From Octopus sinensis (lineage: Eukaryota), in the NCBI RefSeq assembly GCF_006345805.1, contig NC_043011.1:37398464-37462463 (forward strand): a DNA stretch of 64,000 nt, in the 5' to 3' direction. Below are positions 24,633 through 37,720 of the stretch, one piece after another. The position numbers were made by a program, and so were the translations under genes. Numbering within the stretch: position 1 is the stretch's first letter; each line of letters starts with the position of its first letter. The notes beneath the pieces were generated by a model, which was not told the origin of the DNA, searched no databases, and saw only the letters and a program-made list of their open reading frames with translations.

Positions 24633-25789
24633 AGCGATTATGAAAGTGTTTTAGCGGTTTGAGTGTTAGGTCCTGGTTTCAATTCCCTGATCATATATTT
24701 CTCATCAAAAACCACCATTTCATGTATGAATAACCCCATGAGTCCTAAAACTCTTGATAGTAATAGCCAAGAGTTTGAAAAGATGAACAGAAATTCTGAA
24801 AGTGAAAGAAAGATGATGAGGGCCAGTTGACAGCCGGAGGATATTGTCGAATCGTTGAAAGTTCCAATCGTCATATTATGGCATAACGCAGATTTTGGAT
24901 TTAAACTACCCACATGAGACCAATATATCGAAACAATATCTTTAGGAGTTTCTAACAGTAACAGTTCCGAAACTGCTTTCCAATTCTCAAGGCGATGATA
25001 AATAATCACATGATCAAGCTACCGCACTTAAGGTTGAACCTGATACCGCCGAGTCACTATGCTAACAGGTTAACCAGAGATCTATACAGCACTTAATAAA
25101 ACACATGTATAAACTGATCCTGTTCATGCATCTTGATTACATTAGTTATATAATTCCATTAAAGGTACGCACATATTTTCATTTCCTCTGCAATTGTTTA
25201 CATTGGATGGAAAGCAGGAATATGAAAGCGACAAGAATATCTGTAATTCTATTTGTTCATGCATAAATCCATAAAATTAAGCAGAATTCAGATTCTTGTC
25301 ATCAATATGTGTTTTTAAAGTAATGTCTCACAACCTCGACATTATGTCGTTCCTACTTCTTCTTTATCTGAGGAAATCATTAATTTCGTTAAATGCATGT
25401 ATACTAAAACATATTAAACGAGACACTAAGCTATCATAATCGCAGATAACATTTCTGCGATTCCATTAGTTAACCATTAGTATGTTTTGTGCTATATTTT
25501 GTACATACGTGCGTGCGTGTGTGTGTGTGTGTGTGTGGTGGGCTGCGTGTATCTAGGAGTTGGCTGGTGTGAATCTATGTGTTGCGATCTGTTATGTTTT
25601 GTTTTTGTTTTGTTTTTGTTTTTTTAATTTTTATTTATATGTTATTTTTTTTTTAGTTTTGATCTACGAAATATAGCGAAATATAATGAAATATATTGTT
25701 ATTGTTGTGACAAAATTTACCATCAAATGCTGCTTGCTGAACAATGCAAGATAGAAAAAAAACGCTTAAAAAATAGATTGAACAACAAC

Positions 25790-25798
25790 AGCAACATC

Positions 25799-25854
<56 letters not shown>

Positions 25855-25890
25855 CAACAACGGCAACAACATCAGCAGCAACAACAATTG
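25790..25890. repeat. (AAT)n/(AAC)n microsatellite
   Basis: Direct observation. Confidence 0.95.
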
Positions 25891-26113
25891 AATTTGCATT
25901 TATATCGATAAGATAGATTATATATGCTCGTTTCTTTCAGTAAAATGGTTTTCTTTTTCTGATTCAGCTATTCGTTTTATAAACCACCATCTTCTTTTTG
26001 GCAAAAACAGAATAAAAAAGAATTTCAGATTATGTATGTATGCATGTACGTACGTATGTATCTATGTATGTATTAAAGTATGTATGCATAAAGGCAAATA
26101 TATATATGTAATA

Positions 26114-26172
<59 letters not shown>

Positions 26173-26449
26173 GACATATATATATACATATATATAATAT
26201 GCATGTGTACACACACGTGTGTGTGTGTATAAGCATACAAACATGCATATATACATATAAAGCCACAAACGTATTCATGTGCATACATTCCTTAAAAATG
26301 GTTTCGTGAATTTCACAACTGCTTAGACTTACGTGAATCTCCCGTACGTGAACGCGATCACTTTTCACTGATACTAAGAAACATACAGACAAGACGTGGT
26401 AAATAAATTTGCAGAAATTTCCCTATCTAGTCCACAAATAATAACAAGA

Positions 26450-26880
26450 ATGGTAAACCAACAGCTAGTATCACCAATTCCACTACTACTACTACTACTA
26501 CAACAACTACTACTACTACTACTACTACTACTATCAATACTGCAACCGCTGTACCTTTAACATCACCGCCACCACCACCACCACCACTATTACTACTACT
26601 ACTACTACAACAACTACAACTACTACTACCAAGACTACTACAATTTCCATCAATACAACGACTGCCAACAACAGCTAGTATCACCAATTCTACAACCAGT
26701 ACCACTAACATCGCCGCCACAACCACCATTACTACTACTACCAAGACCATTAAAATACCATTACTACTCCAACTGACAGCACCCCCACTGCTATTGCTAC
26801 TAATATCAGCAGCACCACTTATAATATTACTACTGCTACAACTACCCCTACGACTACCAACACCACAACTCCTATTCGAA
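26450..26880. repeat. (ACT)n/(ACC)n degenerate trinucleotide tract
   Basis: Direct observation; internal repeat caacagctagtatcaccaattc occurs twice. Confidence 0.9.
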
Positions 26881-26982
26881 AACATCTGGCAGAAACAGGA
26901 GCAAATATATGTAGTATAACACCCCCCCCCGCCCAAACAGCAGAAAGATTGGGTATTAGAAGGTAGAAAAAAGTTGTCAACA

Positions 26983-27062
26983 GACGGCGACGGGATTCGA
27001 ACCTGTGGCATCCAGATGTCGACTGAGTACCCCTACAATTAAGCTGATAATGAATCACCGCC
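26983..27062 (-). pseudogene. tRNA-like sequence (tRNA pseudogene or isolated SINE head)
   Basis: Minus strand GGCGGTG...GGTTCGAATCCCGT CGCCGTC: 7-bp acceptor-like pairing, perfect B-box/T-loop, TTTTTT 10 nt downstream; extra ~9 nt before the D-arm and a non-canonical anticodon loop. Confidence 0.45.
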
Positions 27063-27087
27063 AAATTAAACGCTAAATATTTATTTC

Positions 27088-27945
27088 AATATTGCCCACA
27101 GGGGCCCAAACATAGAGGGGACAAACATGGACAGACAAACGGATTAAGTCGATTAGAACGACCCCAGTTTGCAACTGGTACTTATTTAATCGACCCCGAA
27201 AGGATGAAAGGCAAAGTCGACCTCGGCAGAATTTGAACTCAGAACGTAACGGCAGACGAAATACCTATTTCTTTATTACCCACAAGGGGCTAAACACAGA
27301 GGGGACAAACAAGGACAGACATAGGTATTAAGTCGCTTACATCGACCCCAGTGCGTAACTGGTACTTAATTTATCGACCCTGAAAGGATGAAAGGCAAAG
27401 TCGACCTCAGCAGAATTTGAACTCAGAACATAACGGCAGACGAAATACCACTAAGAATTTCGCCCGGCATGCTAACATTTCTTATTTCTTTATTGCCCAC
27501 AAGGGGCTAAACATAGGGGGAACAAACAAGGACAGAAAAACGGATTAAGTCGATTAGAACGACCCCAGTTTGTAACTGGTACTTATTTAATCGACCCCGA
27601 AGTGATGAAAGGCAAAGTCGACCTCGGCAGAATTGGAACTCAGAACGTAACGGCAGACGAAATACCGCGAAGCATTTCGCCTGCTGTGCTAGCGATTCTG
27701 CTAACTCGCCGCCCTTTAAACGCAAGATATTCTTTTCTACTCTAGGTATAAGGCCCGAAATTTTGGAGGAGGGTGCAGTCGATTAGATGAACCCCAGTAC
27801 GCAACTGGTATTTAATTTATCGACCCCGAAAGGATGTAAGGCATAGTCGGCCTCGGCGAAATTTGAACTGAGACCACAACGGCAGACGAAATACTGCTAA
27901 TCTTTTCGCCTTGTGTGCTAACGATTCTGCCAGCTCGCCCCCATT
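27088..27945 (-). mobile_element. Cluster of four SINE-A bodies (dimer 27088-27480, monomer 27483-27718, tail-2 monomer 27728-27945)
   Basis: Repeated cgaccccgaaaggatgaaaggcaaagtcgacctcggc...gaactcagaacgtaacggcagacgaaatac; nested junction at 27265/27266. Confidence 0.88.
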
Positions 27946-28204
27946 TAAACATCAAATATTTATAGCTTTTGGAATGCAACACCATTTGTTAAGCAAACTA
28001 TAGAAGCGTCGAATGCGTTTCGTATTTTACAATTAAGAAAGTAAATTTCAAACGCAATATGGTCGTGAAAAAGGCTGAAAGGTAGGGTATTCTTCCGTCT
28101 TCTAAGACGGAAAAAACTTGTCAGTAGACTCCAACCCTCCCGTAGGTGTCTGGTGAGAACTTTTTGCATCTTATGTTCGAAATTTACTTTCTTAGATGTA
28201 ATGT

Positions 28205-28420
28205 GTGTGTGTGTGTGTATGTGTGTATGTCTATGTGTCTGTGTTTGTCCCGCAACGCCGTTTGACAACGGTATTGACAACCGGTGAGTTTAAGTTCCGC
28301 AGAGAACAAGTACTAGGTTTAACAAATATGGCATGAGGTCGATTTCTTCGACTAATACCATTGAAGGTGGTGCTCCAGCTTGGACGCAGTCAAAAACCGA
28401 ACGAATTAAGAGATAAAAGA
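28205..28420 (+). mobile_element. SINE-B 3' fragment
   Basis: gtgtttgtcccgcaacgccgtttgacaac...ggtggtgctccagcttggacgcagtc. Confidence 0.7.
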
Positions 28421-28908
28421 CAAAGATATATGTATGTATATATGTATGTATATATGTATGTATGTACGTATGTATATATATATAACAAAAGAGAATTGTT
28501 GTTGATTTGTAGCATCGTAGTACAGAAATAGGAAAGGAATGAAATTAGAAGCAAGAAAGCTTCTAACAATGGAGAAAGTTTTAAAATAACTTTACATTTC
28601 AGGCGTAAAGGTCAATCGTCAGAAGAATATAGTCTCATACATGTGTAATGACATAGATCCTGCTAGTTTTGAAAACCCGGGGTTGATATGGCAGCTGTCG
28701 TCGCCATTTTAATTTGACTAGTATCGTGCACTTGATGTCATAAAATGGAGGATTGGGATATTGCTACTGGCGTTGGTGAAGAGTTGCTGTAGGTTGGCGG
28801 CTATGGTGTCGCGGTAACAGTAGGCGATATTGCTGGTGGTGTATGCATCTATCTGAGGCTTTTCACACGGAGAATCAAATATCTGAGATATTTTACCTGT
28901 AAGATACT

Positions 28909-29068
28909 ACATAGGAGTGGCTGTGTGGTAAGTAGCTTGATTACCAACCACATGGTTCCGGTTTAGGTCCCAAAGTGGGGCACCTTGGGCAAGTGTCTTT
29001 TACTATACCCTCGGGCCGACCAAATCCTTGTGAGTGGATTTGGTAGACGGAAACTGAAAGAAGCGTTC

Positions 29069-29106
<38 letters not shown>

Positions 29107-29309
29107 GTCTGTATTTGTAACCCCAACATCACTTGACAACAGGATGCTGGTGTGTTTACGTCCCCGTCACTTACCGGTTCGGCAAGATAGAATATATAAT
29201 TGGCTTACAAAGAATAAGTCCTGCGGTCGATTTGCTCGACTAAAGGAGGTGCCCCAGCATGGTCGCAACCAAATAACTGAAACAATGAAACAATAAAAGA
29301 ATAAAAGAG
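28909..29309 (+). mobile_element. SINE-B (CORE-type), full length
   Basis: Head aggagtggctgtgtggtaagtagcttg, CORE-like ggcaccttgggcaagtgtcttttactata, internal (TA)n, tail cagcatggtcgcaaccaaataactgaaac...aaaaga repeats. Resembles the octopus OR2 CORE-SINE (from memory, unverified). Confidence 0.85.
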
Positions 29310-29364
29310 TATTGTAACCGCAAGAAAACCAAATCAAATCTCTCCCGCACATATCGAAGGACAT

Positions 29365-29586
29365 TTATAACGGTGTGCTGAAATGATCCTAGCTTTAAGG
29401 GTATCCTGAAAGATCTGGTTGGAACCCCAAACTTCCGAGTTGTATTACAGGGCTTACATAAACTGAAGGACCGCTCCAATAAGTGTGTGAATCTGAGAGG
29501 TGAATATTTGGAATAAAATCATAGTTAATTGATGCTGTTGTATTTTCATTTACTCATAGGCATGAACTCCTCAGCATTTCCTCGTA
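29365..29586. mobile_element. Mariner MITE (inverted relative to 1190-1413)
   Basis: Ends tataacggtgtgctgaaatgatcctagcttt ... aggcatgaactcctcagcatttcctcgta. Confidence 0.75.
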
Positions 29587-29616
29587 ATCGAGCTAAGCCT
29601 GAGAGTGTTGTTAAAA

Positions 29617-29765
29617 TATAGCGGTTCGGCAAAAGAGACTGATAGAATAAGTACTGGACTTACAAAGAATAAGTCCCGGGGTCGATTTGCTCGACTAAAG
29701 GCGGTGCTTCAGCATGGCCGCAGTCAAATGATCGAAACAAATAAAAGAGTAAAAGAGTAATAAAA
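29617..29765 (+). mobile_element. SINE-B 3' fragment
   Basis: agcggttcggcaaaagagactgatagaataagtac...ggcggtgcttcagcatggccgcagtcaaatg. Confidence 0.85.
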
Positions 29766-29851
29766 CGACAAGATGATAATGGATAACATATGTAATAAAG
29801 TAATAGAGATCGCTCGACATGACTGTGTCGGGCCCAAGGACTCATATAACT

Positions 29852-30298
29852 GGTTTCCGGGTTGAATGGCGAATACGCAATTCAGGGATATTTTCGGTTT
29901 GGCCGTCAGCTTTTTTTAAAATAATTTCCACCTAACTAAACACTGTTAACCTTCGTATACTGGTAGAATGTGTTTATAAAACATCTTTTTCTCTTGGCTT
30001 TATTGAGAAAATTCTATAGTTTGTCAGATATTAGTTGTTTTTTCTTCAATTTCTGCAATTTCAACCAATCAATGATGTCCATTGAGGTGAAAACATTCGG
30101 TGCCGTATGAATATGTCCCTCGTTTAAGAAACAGATTGGGTTTATTTACATTCCTGAAGAAAAAAGATACCCTCCCCCCCAACTCTAACCCTAACCCTAA
30201 AACAGATTGAAATGCAATAGATCGATACATAGGGTCATACTTATGGGTGACAATTTCATATGACACCGCTAGAAAAACTGCCATTGAAACCGAAAAGA
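29852..30298. mobile_element. Non-autonomous element with imperfect inverted ends and internal (CCCTAA) units
   Basis: Left gtttccgggttgaatggc vs right gccattgaaaccgaaaa; ctaaccctaaccctaa near 30186. Confidence 0.5.
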
Positions 30299-30495
30299 TC
30301 CCAATTCAGGTTAAAACACTCTCTCTGAACAAGAGACCAATCCGTCGCAGGGTTCCATTCGGAGTTAAGTGCACTGGAGCAACGTGAAATGATGTGTTTT
30401 GCTTATGCACCCAACTAAACAACTAGTTCAGAAATAGAAGCGATTTGCAATCTTAAGTGCAACACAGCAACCATCAGGCTACGTGCCTTCACATA

Positions 30496-30757
30496 TACGA
30501 GGGAGTGCTGAGAATTCCCTGGCTTTAGGTAAATTAAAATACATGAGGATAACTTAATTCTGATTTTATTCAACATATTCCTTCCTCAGATTCCTACGTT
30601 TATTGCAGCGGTCCTTAATTCTGATTTTATTCAACATATTCCCTTCTCAAACTCACACACTTATTGCATCGGTACTTCAGTTAAAGAAATTCGGAAGTTT
30701 GTAAAAGAACTCGGAGGTTTGGGCCTCGAACCAGGCCTTTGACGATACCATTAAAGC
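30496..30757. mobile_element. Mariner MITE with an internal 61-bp-period duplication
   Basis: TIR tacgagggagtgctgagaattccctggcttt; cttaattctgattttattcaacatattcc at 30553 and 30614. Confidence 0.75.
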
Positions 30758-32506
30758 GGGGAATCTTTCAATACCAACCCAACCATATCCCGCCACCACC
30801 ACGCCTACCACCACCAATACCCTCTTACATTTTAAGAACAAAATGAAGTAATATAAATAAAGGATGAAACATTGAAATAAACTACTATATTCAATCGGAT
30901 TTGAAACAGAAACCTTACGAAATGGTGTAAAATATTGTATGGCATACTGCTCACTGATACTGTTATAATATTTCTATCTAATATGCTTCCCTATATTTTC
31001 CCCTTCTTAGTGTTCGTGCTATCCTAATGACAACGAAGAATGAAAGGAATATTGGTAAGAAATTCTTATCATACTTGTAAATTTAATTTTGAGAAGCAAA
31101 TTTTCAAAATTGAAAGAAATCTATGTAAAGTAGAAAATACATATAATGGAAATATTTCCTAATAACTTGAAGAATCTTAACATGTGTTGAATTTTCAATA
31201 GAGAATCTTAAGAAGATTTGTATATGTGTGTGTGTGTGTGCGTTTGTATGTGTATGTATGTATATGTATGTATATACAAATATATATCTCTATCTATCTA
31301 TCTATCTATCTATATATATATATATATATATATATTCATGTTTGTGTGCATATGTGTATGTATACATGCATATATAGTGAGAGATATGGAGTGAGAGCTT
31401 GTCATATATTTGTAATAAATGAATAAGTCAATCAAAGGGATTTCTAAAATTAAAGATATATATAATATAAAATCTTCAAATTCCTTGTACAAAGATTTTA
31501 AAGTATATCGTTGGTTATTTATATTTCTTTCCATTCTTTTTCCATTAACTTTATTTTTGCTATTTTCTACATATTTCGTTGGTTTTGGGTTCTATCTGAG
31601 GTATATTTCTTTATTTCCTTTTCCTTGCTTTTTATTTTTGTTCATTTTCTCTTCTCTCTTTCCATATACGAACAAGTTGATATAAATTAATTAAAATTTT
31701 ATAGATTTTAAAATAGCTATAAATGCTGAAATAAAAATCCCTGACGGAAAATTTAATAATTTGTATGCAAGAGGCCTTTTGTTTCTTCCTAATAATATTG
31801 CAAGTAAAAGAAAGAGAGATAGAGAAAAAACAAATTCGGTAACATTCGCTCGATATAAATTTGTCTTGGTTTTGAGAATTTCTTAATAAATGCAACACTA
31901 TTCCTAGCATTTAATTTCTATTTATTTTTGGCTTTATTTTGTATTTCTGTTTTACAATCCTGTCAAATTTGACAAAATATATCTAATAAAATCATTGATA
32001 ACATTCAGAATCGGAATTTCATTTTGAATAAAAATGTTACTTTGAAAAGTTTTAAATTATTGTTATATTAACATTTATTGTAGGTTAACTTAGGTTAGAA
32101 CGAAGAATAGATGTTCACATTTTCAAACACTGCATATATTTTCTAACACAAAGCGTACTTACGTGAGGAAGTATAAACAATATGAAAATCTTGCTAGTGG
32201 GTAATCTATATTTTGTGTTCTGAATCAAAGTACAACAGCCTCGATACTACATAAATAAAAGTACAAGCATATTTGTTACATTGTTCGTGGAACCTTGAAA
32301 TCGTTTTGAATTCCAGCTCACGTTCAGTTCCTGATACACTTCTAATGACATGTTCATCATATACATAGTGTGTCCCTGTGGCGTTAGTATTTAAATTTAC
32401 TAAAAACAATAACTATGTATGGAATTAATATGAAAACAATTATTTATATATCCATTGATAGATAGATAGATAGATCGACAGACAGACAGACAGAAAGAGA
32501 GATAGG

Positions 32507-32700
32507 TTCTTTTCTACTCTAGGCACAAGGCCACAAATTTTGGGGGAGGAGTTAGTCGATTAGATCGACCCTAGCATGCAATTGGTACTTAATTTATCGA
32601 TCCCGAAAGGATGAAAGTCAAAATCGACACGAGCGGAATTTGAACTCAGAACAAAAAGACAGATGAAATACCGCTAAGCATGTTGCCCAGCTCACCACCA
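32507..32700 (-). mobile_element. SINE-A tail-2 copy within a (GATA)-rich tract
   Basis: ttcttttctactctaggcacaagg...gaaaggatgaaagtcaaaatcgac...gaaataccgctaagcat. Confidence 0.82.
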
Positions 32701-32768
32701 GGCAGGTTGGTATATAGATAGCTAGATGGATAGATATGTAGGCAAATATGAATAGATAGACAGACAGT

Positions 32769-32818
<50 letters not shown>

Positions 32819-32877
32819 TAGATATATAGATATGTAGAGAGATAGATAGGTAGATATATAGATAGATAGATAGATAA

Positions 32878-32912
<35 letters not shown>

Positions 32913-33090
32913 TAGATAGATAGATAGATAGATATATTAGGGTAGGATGTTATATGTTTCCCACCCTAAGAATCGAAACCACAAAAGTGTGCATCTGAAG
33001 ATTGAGATACGTTGTTATGCAAAGACATTAAGATCGATATGTTGCTGCTGGTTAAAAGCGGATCTCCAGTACACACTACACAGTTACATG

Positions 33091-33180
33091 TACAATAATC
33101 ACTCCTCTATCGTGGGTGTTACGTTCCAAAAAACCCGCGATAGGTGAAACTCCGAGAACTAGAAGCAGCACTGTATATAT
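33091..33180 (+). mobile_element. pogo/Tigger-like MITE terminal fragment
   Basis: ctatcgtgggtgttacgttccaaaa..cccgcgataggtgaaa; homologous to the reverse complement of 63748-63830. Confidence 0.55.
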
Positions 33181-33580
33181 TTTTTTTAATAATTTGTATA
33201 TATTTATTTTATTATAAATGCAAAACAGCACCACGGAGGAATCGACGTCAGCTTAAATAATATACCGCGATATGGCGAGGAATTATTGTACTCATGCACT
33301 AGTATACAATGTATGCCTAATGTTACCATAGCGTCCGTTCTAACCGACAATTGTATGCTTTCAATCCAAATATTCACTGGTATTGGAAGTTTCTTATTCA
33401 AAAATGTTTATCGTTATTGTCAAAAAATTATTTTAATTACTAGCAAAAGTTATTGTGAAACATACTAGAAAAATCAGGTACGTTTTCACACTTATACTTC
33501 TATATTTATATCCACTGTATATGAAGATGAAGAAAATGAAAGATAAGATGGCAAGAATAGAGGAATAACATTATAGGTTT

Positions 33581-33862
33581 TGTTGTGTCTGGGGAGAGTC
33601 ATTTTCTTTTTGTGCCTTACAAATTATATAATTTTATATAATTTAACACAATCACCGTTAAAATTTCCACTGATTCCTTATTTTTATTTTCCTAAAATAT
33701 TCGTTGCATCTTGCAAACTTTGCAATAGTCGTAACTATTGAAAAGTTTGCAAGACACAACGAAAATTTTAAGAAAATAAAAATAGGGAATAAGTGGAAAT
33801 TTTACCGGTGCGTGTGTTAAATTATAAGGCACAACATGAAAATGACTCTCCCCAGACACAAC
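33581..33862. mobile_element. ~280-bp diverged fold-back (long inverted repeat) element
   Basis: tgttgtgtctggggagagtcattttc ... gaaaatgactctcccagacacaaca; pairing continues inward to caatagt-cgta-actattg (loop 33730-33733). Confidence 0.8.
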
Positions 33863-34239
33863 AGAATATGCTTCAACACACGAACTCACATAAAGAATCT
33901 TGCAAACCAAATCCAAAAACGAAATATTATAGGTTTTGTACAGTCTTTACTCTGTGACATTGACGCTTTAGGTTCAAATCATGCTAAATTTGCATTTTAC
34001 TACCATTCTTTACAGTTTCATAGAATATGTAACTTTGGTATATTGCAGGGTATTCACCTGATCGATATTGGCTATCACTTTTGGGAAAATGTTGACATGT
34101 ACCACGACAAATAAGATCAATATTGGAAAAAGGAAATCTGTTCAAAGTAATATTTTTACATTTTTTATACATTCTTTCATCGTTGTATATATTTTGCATA
34201 TTTTTCTCCGCTTCTGTACACGAACGCGTACATCCAAAG

Positions 34240-34904
34240 AAACACACACACACACACACCACACACACACACACACACCACACACACACACACATACACA
34301 CACACACATATATAATATTTACATATATATAATATATATATATAATATATATACATATATATATACATATATATTTGTGTATTTATATATATATATATAT
34401 ATGCACACATACATATATACATATATATATATACATACACACGCATGTATATGCATACATACACACATACATGCATTTGTATGTTTATGAGTGCGCGCGT
34501 ATATATATATTAAACAATAACAATTGAAATATTGCCAAATTTTCTATTGGTAATTATTTACTTATGAGGAATGAAATAAAAAGAAAAAAAACATATTAAC
34601 AATAAATAATAACTAAATAGCATCAACAACAAGAACATTAATATTATGACATTTTCCACTATTCTCTGCAAATCTTTCTTTAGAATCAACAATATTGTTA
34701 GATCTACATTCTTTGAGCAATTAAATTCACTTCTTTGGATGCTGAAGTCAAAAATCCATTCTGATATATATATATATAATATATATATATATATTTATAT
34801 ATTCATATATGTATATTTATTTATATTTCTATATATATTTATATTTATATATATACGCATATATATATATATATAAGAGTGTATATATATGTATATATAT
34901 ATAC

Positions 34905-34935
<31 letters not shown>

Positions 34936-35005
34936 CATATATATATATGTGTGTGTGTATGTGTGTGTGTGTGTGCGTGTGTGTGTGTGTGTGCGTGTGT
35001 GTGTG

Positions 35006-35048
<43 letters not shown>

Positions 35049-35502
35049 TGGAAAATACCAATAGAAGGCATAAATAGATAAATAAACAAATATATAATCG
35101 TGAATTCTTATTCGACTTCAAAATGAAAAATACAGCAAAATGCTGTATTGATAAAATACGCATTTTGCTATGGATTTTGCTGCTAGCAATATGAGTTGTC
35201 TTTGAGCGAAGAACTTTAAGGGAATCAACTGCCTAAATACATTTCTGTTATAAAACATTCGCTTGATTCTACCCCTACCAAACCACACTCGCACATGCAT
35301 ACCTACATATATACATGCATATATATATATATACATATACACACACAAGTAAATGTATCTATCTATCTATATATATATATTATATATTCATTTATATATG
35401 TATATATATGCAAACATACATATATATACATATATGTGTATGTGTATGTGGATATGTATATATATATATATTATATATATTATATATATATATGTATGTA
35501 TG

Positions 35503-35533
<31 letters not shown>

Positions 35534-35548
35534 GTATGTATGTATATA

Positions 35549-35602
<54 letters not shown>

Positions 35603-35620
35603 GTATTCATGCATGCATGT
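34240..35620. repeat. (CA)n/(TA)n/(TG)n microsatellite-rich region
   Basis: Direct observation; source of many spurious ORFs. Confidence 0.9.
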
Positions 35621-36732
35621 GTACATATGTACAGATTATTGTGTACGATGTTTGCGCGAATGTGAGGTTAACATGAAATTTTGGAACAATTACAGTGCTT
35701 GTTACATAATCGCGCAGACTGAGAATTTATTGGGATTCTCTGCGGCCGGGGTTCAATATCCGCATTGGGCAAATTTTCTCTTCAATCCTTTCGAAACCGT
35801 TAACAGGTAACAAATTTAAACTGTTGATTAGCGGACATGTTAGAGCCCATATTACATGTTACTCTAACAAAAATGCTATTTAGACGCATCGAATATAAGA
35901 CACTTTGAGCAACATCCTTGGAATTGCGAGAAAATAATTCTATGTCAGATGGATAAGTGATCGTCATCTGTCCACAACGTCTGGAGCTTTAGCACAGGCG
36001 TAATGTTTGCTTTTGTGCATGCATGTGAGTATGTGCGCGTGTGTGTGTACATATGTATATGTATGAATGGATATGGATAGATGAATGGACAAATGAGTTC
36101 TACACATTGTAGGGTCTAGAATATTGTGTGTATAAGGAGTATGTATGTACATATTTTTTGTGCATGTATATATGCACCGGCGGCATTTTACGTTACTGTA
36201 GTCTACTGAGCTGCGACGGCCTAGTCATCCGATCGGAGGATAATGTCGGTCTGCTCCCCTAGACAGTGAGGTGACATCATACAAAAGCTTAAGCAATACA
36301 AAGCGCATTGTGACTAGCGAGCTACTACAACATCCAATAGTCTGGTTGATCCTATGATCACGTGATATATGCATGTATTTGTGCACAGGAGTGTGTGTAT
36401 ATGCGTGTGTATGCATGTATGTCTATTTAGTTTTTCCAGATGTTTCTCTTCAAAACCTCTATCACGTCACATTTCAGAGCCCCAATAAATAAGAATCTAA
36501 ATAAACTACGACATGCAAACTCATAAAACTAAAGTCAGCCTTGCAATTTAGAAAATAACCATGAAATTGCACAAGTGTAGCATTTTTTCTCAGAAGGGTG
36601 AGGTAGTCACTACCCCCCAGGCCACTACATTTCTAGTACAAAATCTATGTATCCCCAAAACATTAAATGCTTAGTCCATCTCGTTGGGATTTAAAGTGTA
36701 TACGCATAACTGTGTTTGTGTGCCTATATATA

Positions 36733-36909
36733 AGAGCAGGAGTATCTGCGTGGTAAGAAGCTTGCTTGCCAATCACATTCATTCGGATTCAGTCTAACTG
36801 CGTGGCAACTTGGGCAAGCGTGTTCCTCTACAGTTTCGGGCCGGCCAAAGCCTTGTGAGTGAAATTGTGGAATTGGATGACGGAAAGTGAATGAAACTGA
36901 TCGCATATA

Positions 36910-36950
<41 letters not shown>

Positions 36951-37080
36951 ATGTATGTATGTATACTTTTTTGTCTGTGTTTGTCCCTCCACCATCGCTG
37001 ATATCGATTTGTTCGACTGAAGGTGGTGCTCCAGCATGGCCGCAGTGAAGTAAGTGAAACGAATAAAAGAATGAAAGAAT
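36733..37080 (+). mobile_element. SINE-B, internally deleted
   Basis: Head, CORE-like gtggcaacttgggcaagcgtg and tail ggtggtgctccagcatggccgcag. Confidence 0.8.
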
Positions 37081-37115
37081 ATATAGTTATGTTAGCGTGT
37101 GTATACACACACACG

Positions 37116-37147
<32 letters not shown>

Positions 37148-37320
37148 CATATATAACTGTGCACATATAGTTATATTAGTGTGTATATATAACTTTGTTA
37201 GTGCATATACATAATTCTCTCTAACATATTCAAAATGGTAGATATTGGTGGAGGAAATGAGAGTAAAATACGAAGATTCAGTGCTTCATTTCTCATCCAT
37301 TTATTATTTACAGGAGGAAA

Positions 37321-37720
37321 TCCGGAGAAATTAGAACTGTAGAATACTCGACACAGAATGACATTGACGGGCAGAATTTGGACGTAGATCACAATACTAA
37401 TAACGTAATGTGTACCCGTCATACATTTACATAGCAAGCGTATAAACGAATAACATTATATGCATATACATATATAGGTGTGTCTATCATATTCAAACAG
37501 ATAGATATTGATGGAAGAATTCATAGAAAAGACCGAAGCCTCAGGACTTTGTTTCTCATCTATCTATAATTTACTTAATAAAATCCGATGAAATTAAAAC
37601 TGGAGAACTGTCAAAACAGAATGGCATTGACGGGCACAACCTGGACGTAGATCGTAAAACTAATAACGTAATGTATATCCGTCATACATTTACATACCAA
37701 GTGTATACACGAATAACAGT
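37321..37720 (+). repeat. Diverged direct duplication (~37321-37455 and ~37586-37720)
   Basis: acagaatg.cattgacgggca.aa..tggacgtagatc..aa.actaataacgtaatgt.ta.ccgtcatacatttacata.caag.gtata.acgaataaca occurs twice. Confidence 0.8.

Noticed and set aside
24727-25000. TGA-readthrough (mitochondrial-code or selenoprotein) frames here and at 2750-2930
   Set aside because: No similarity to mitochondrial proteins that I can recognise, no SECIS seen, and TAA/TAG stops occur nearby.
26427-27011. 194-aa ORF or mucin-like Thr-rich frame
   Set aside because: Degenerate (ACT/ACC)n tract; frames shift and there are no splice or start signals.
15335-27945. SINE-A arrays as a CRISPR-like repeat-spacer array
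   Set aside because: Units are ~180-bp SINE bodies with no unique spacers, in eukaryotic context and with no cas genes.
28590-28640. CTGACGA...GAAA on the minus strand (also CTGATGA at ~5068, ~43727 and CTGAAGA at ~8363) as hammerheads
   Set aside because: No stem II pairing or no correctly placed GAAA, UH and stem I.
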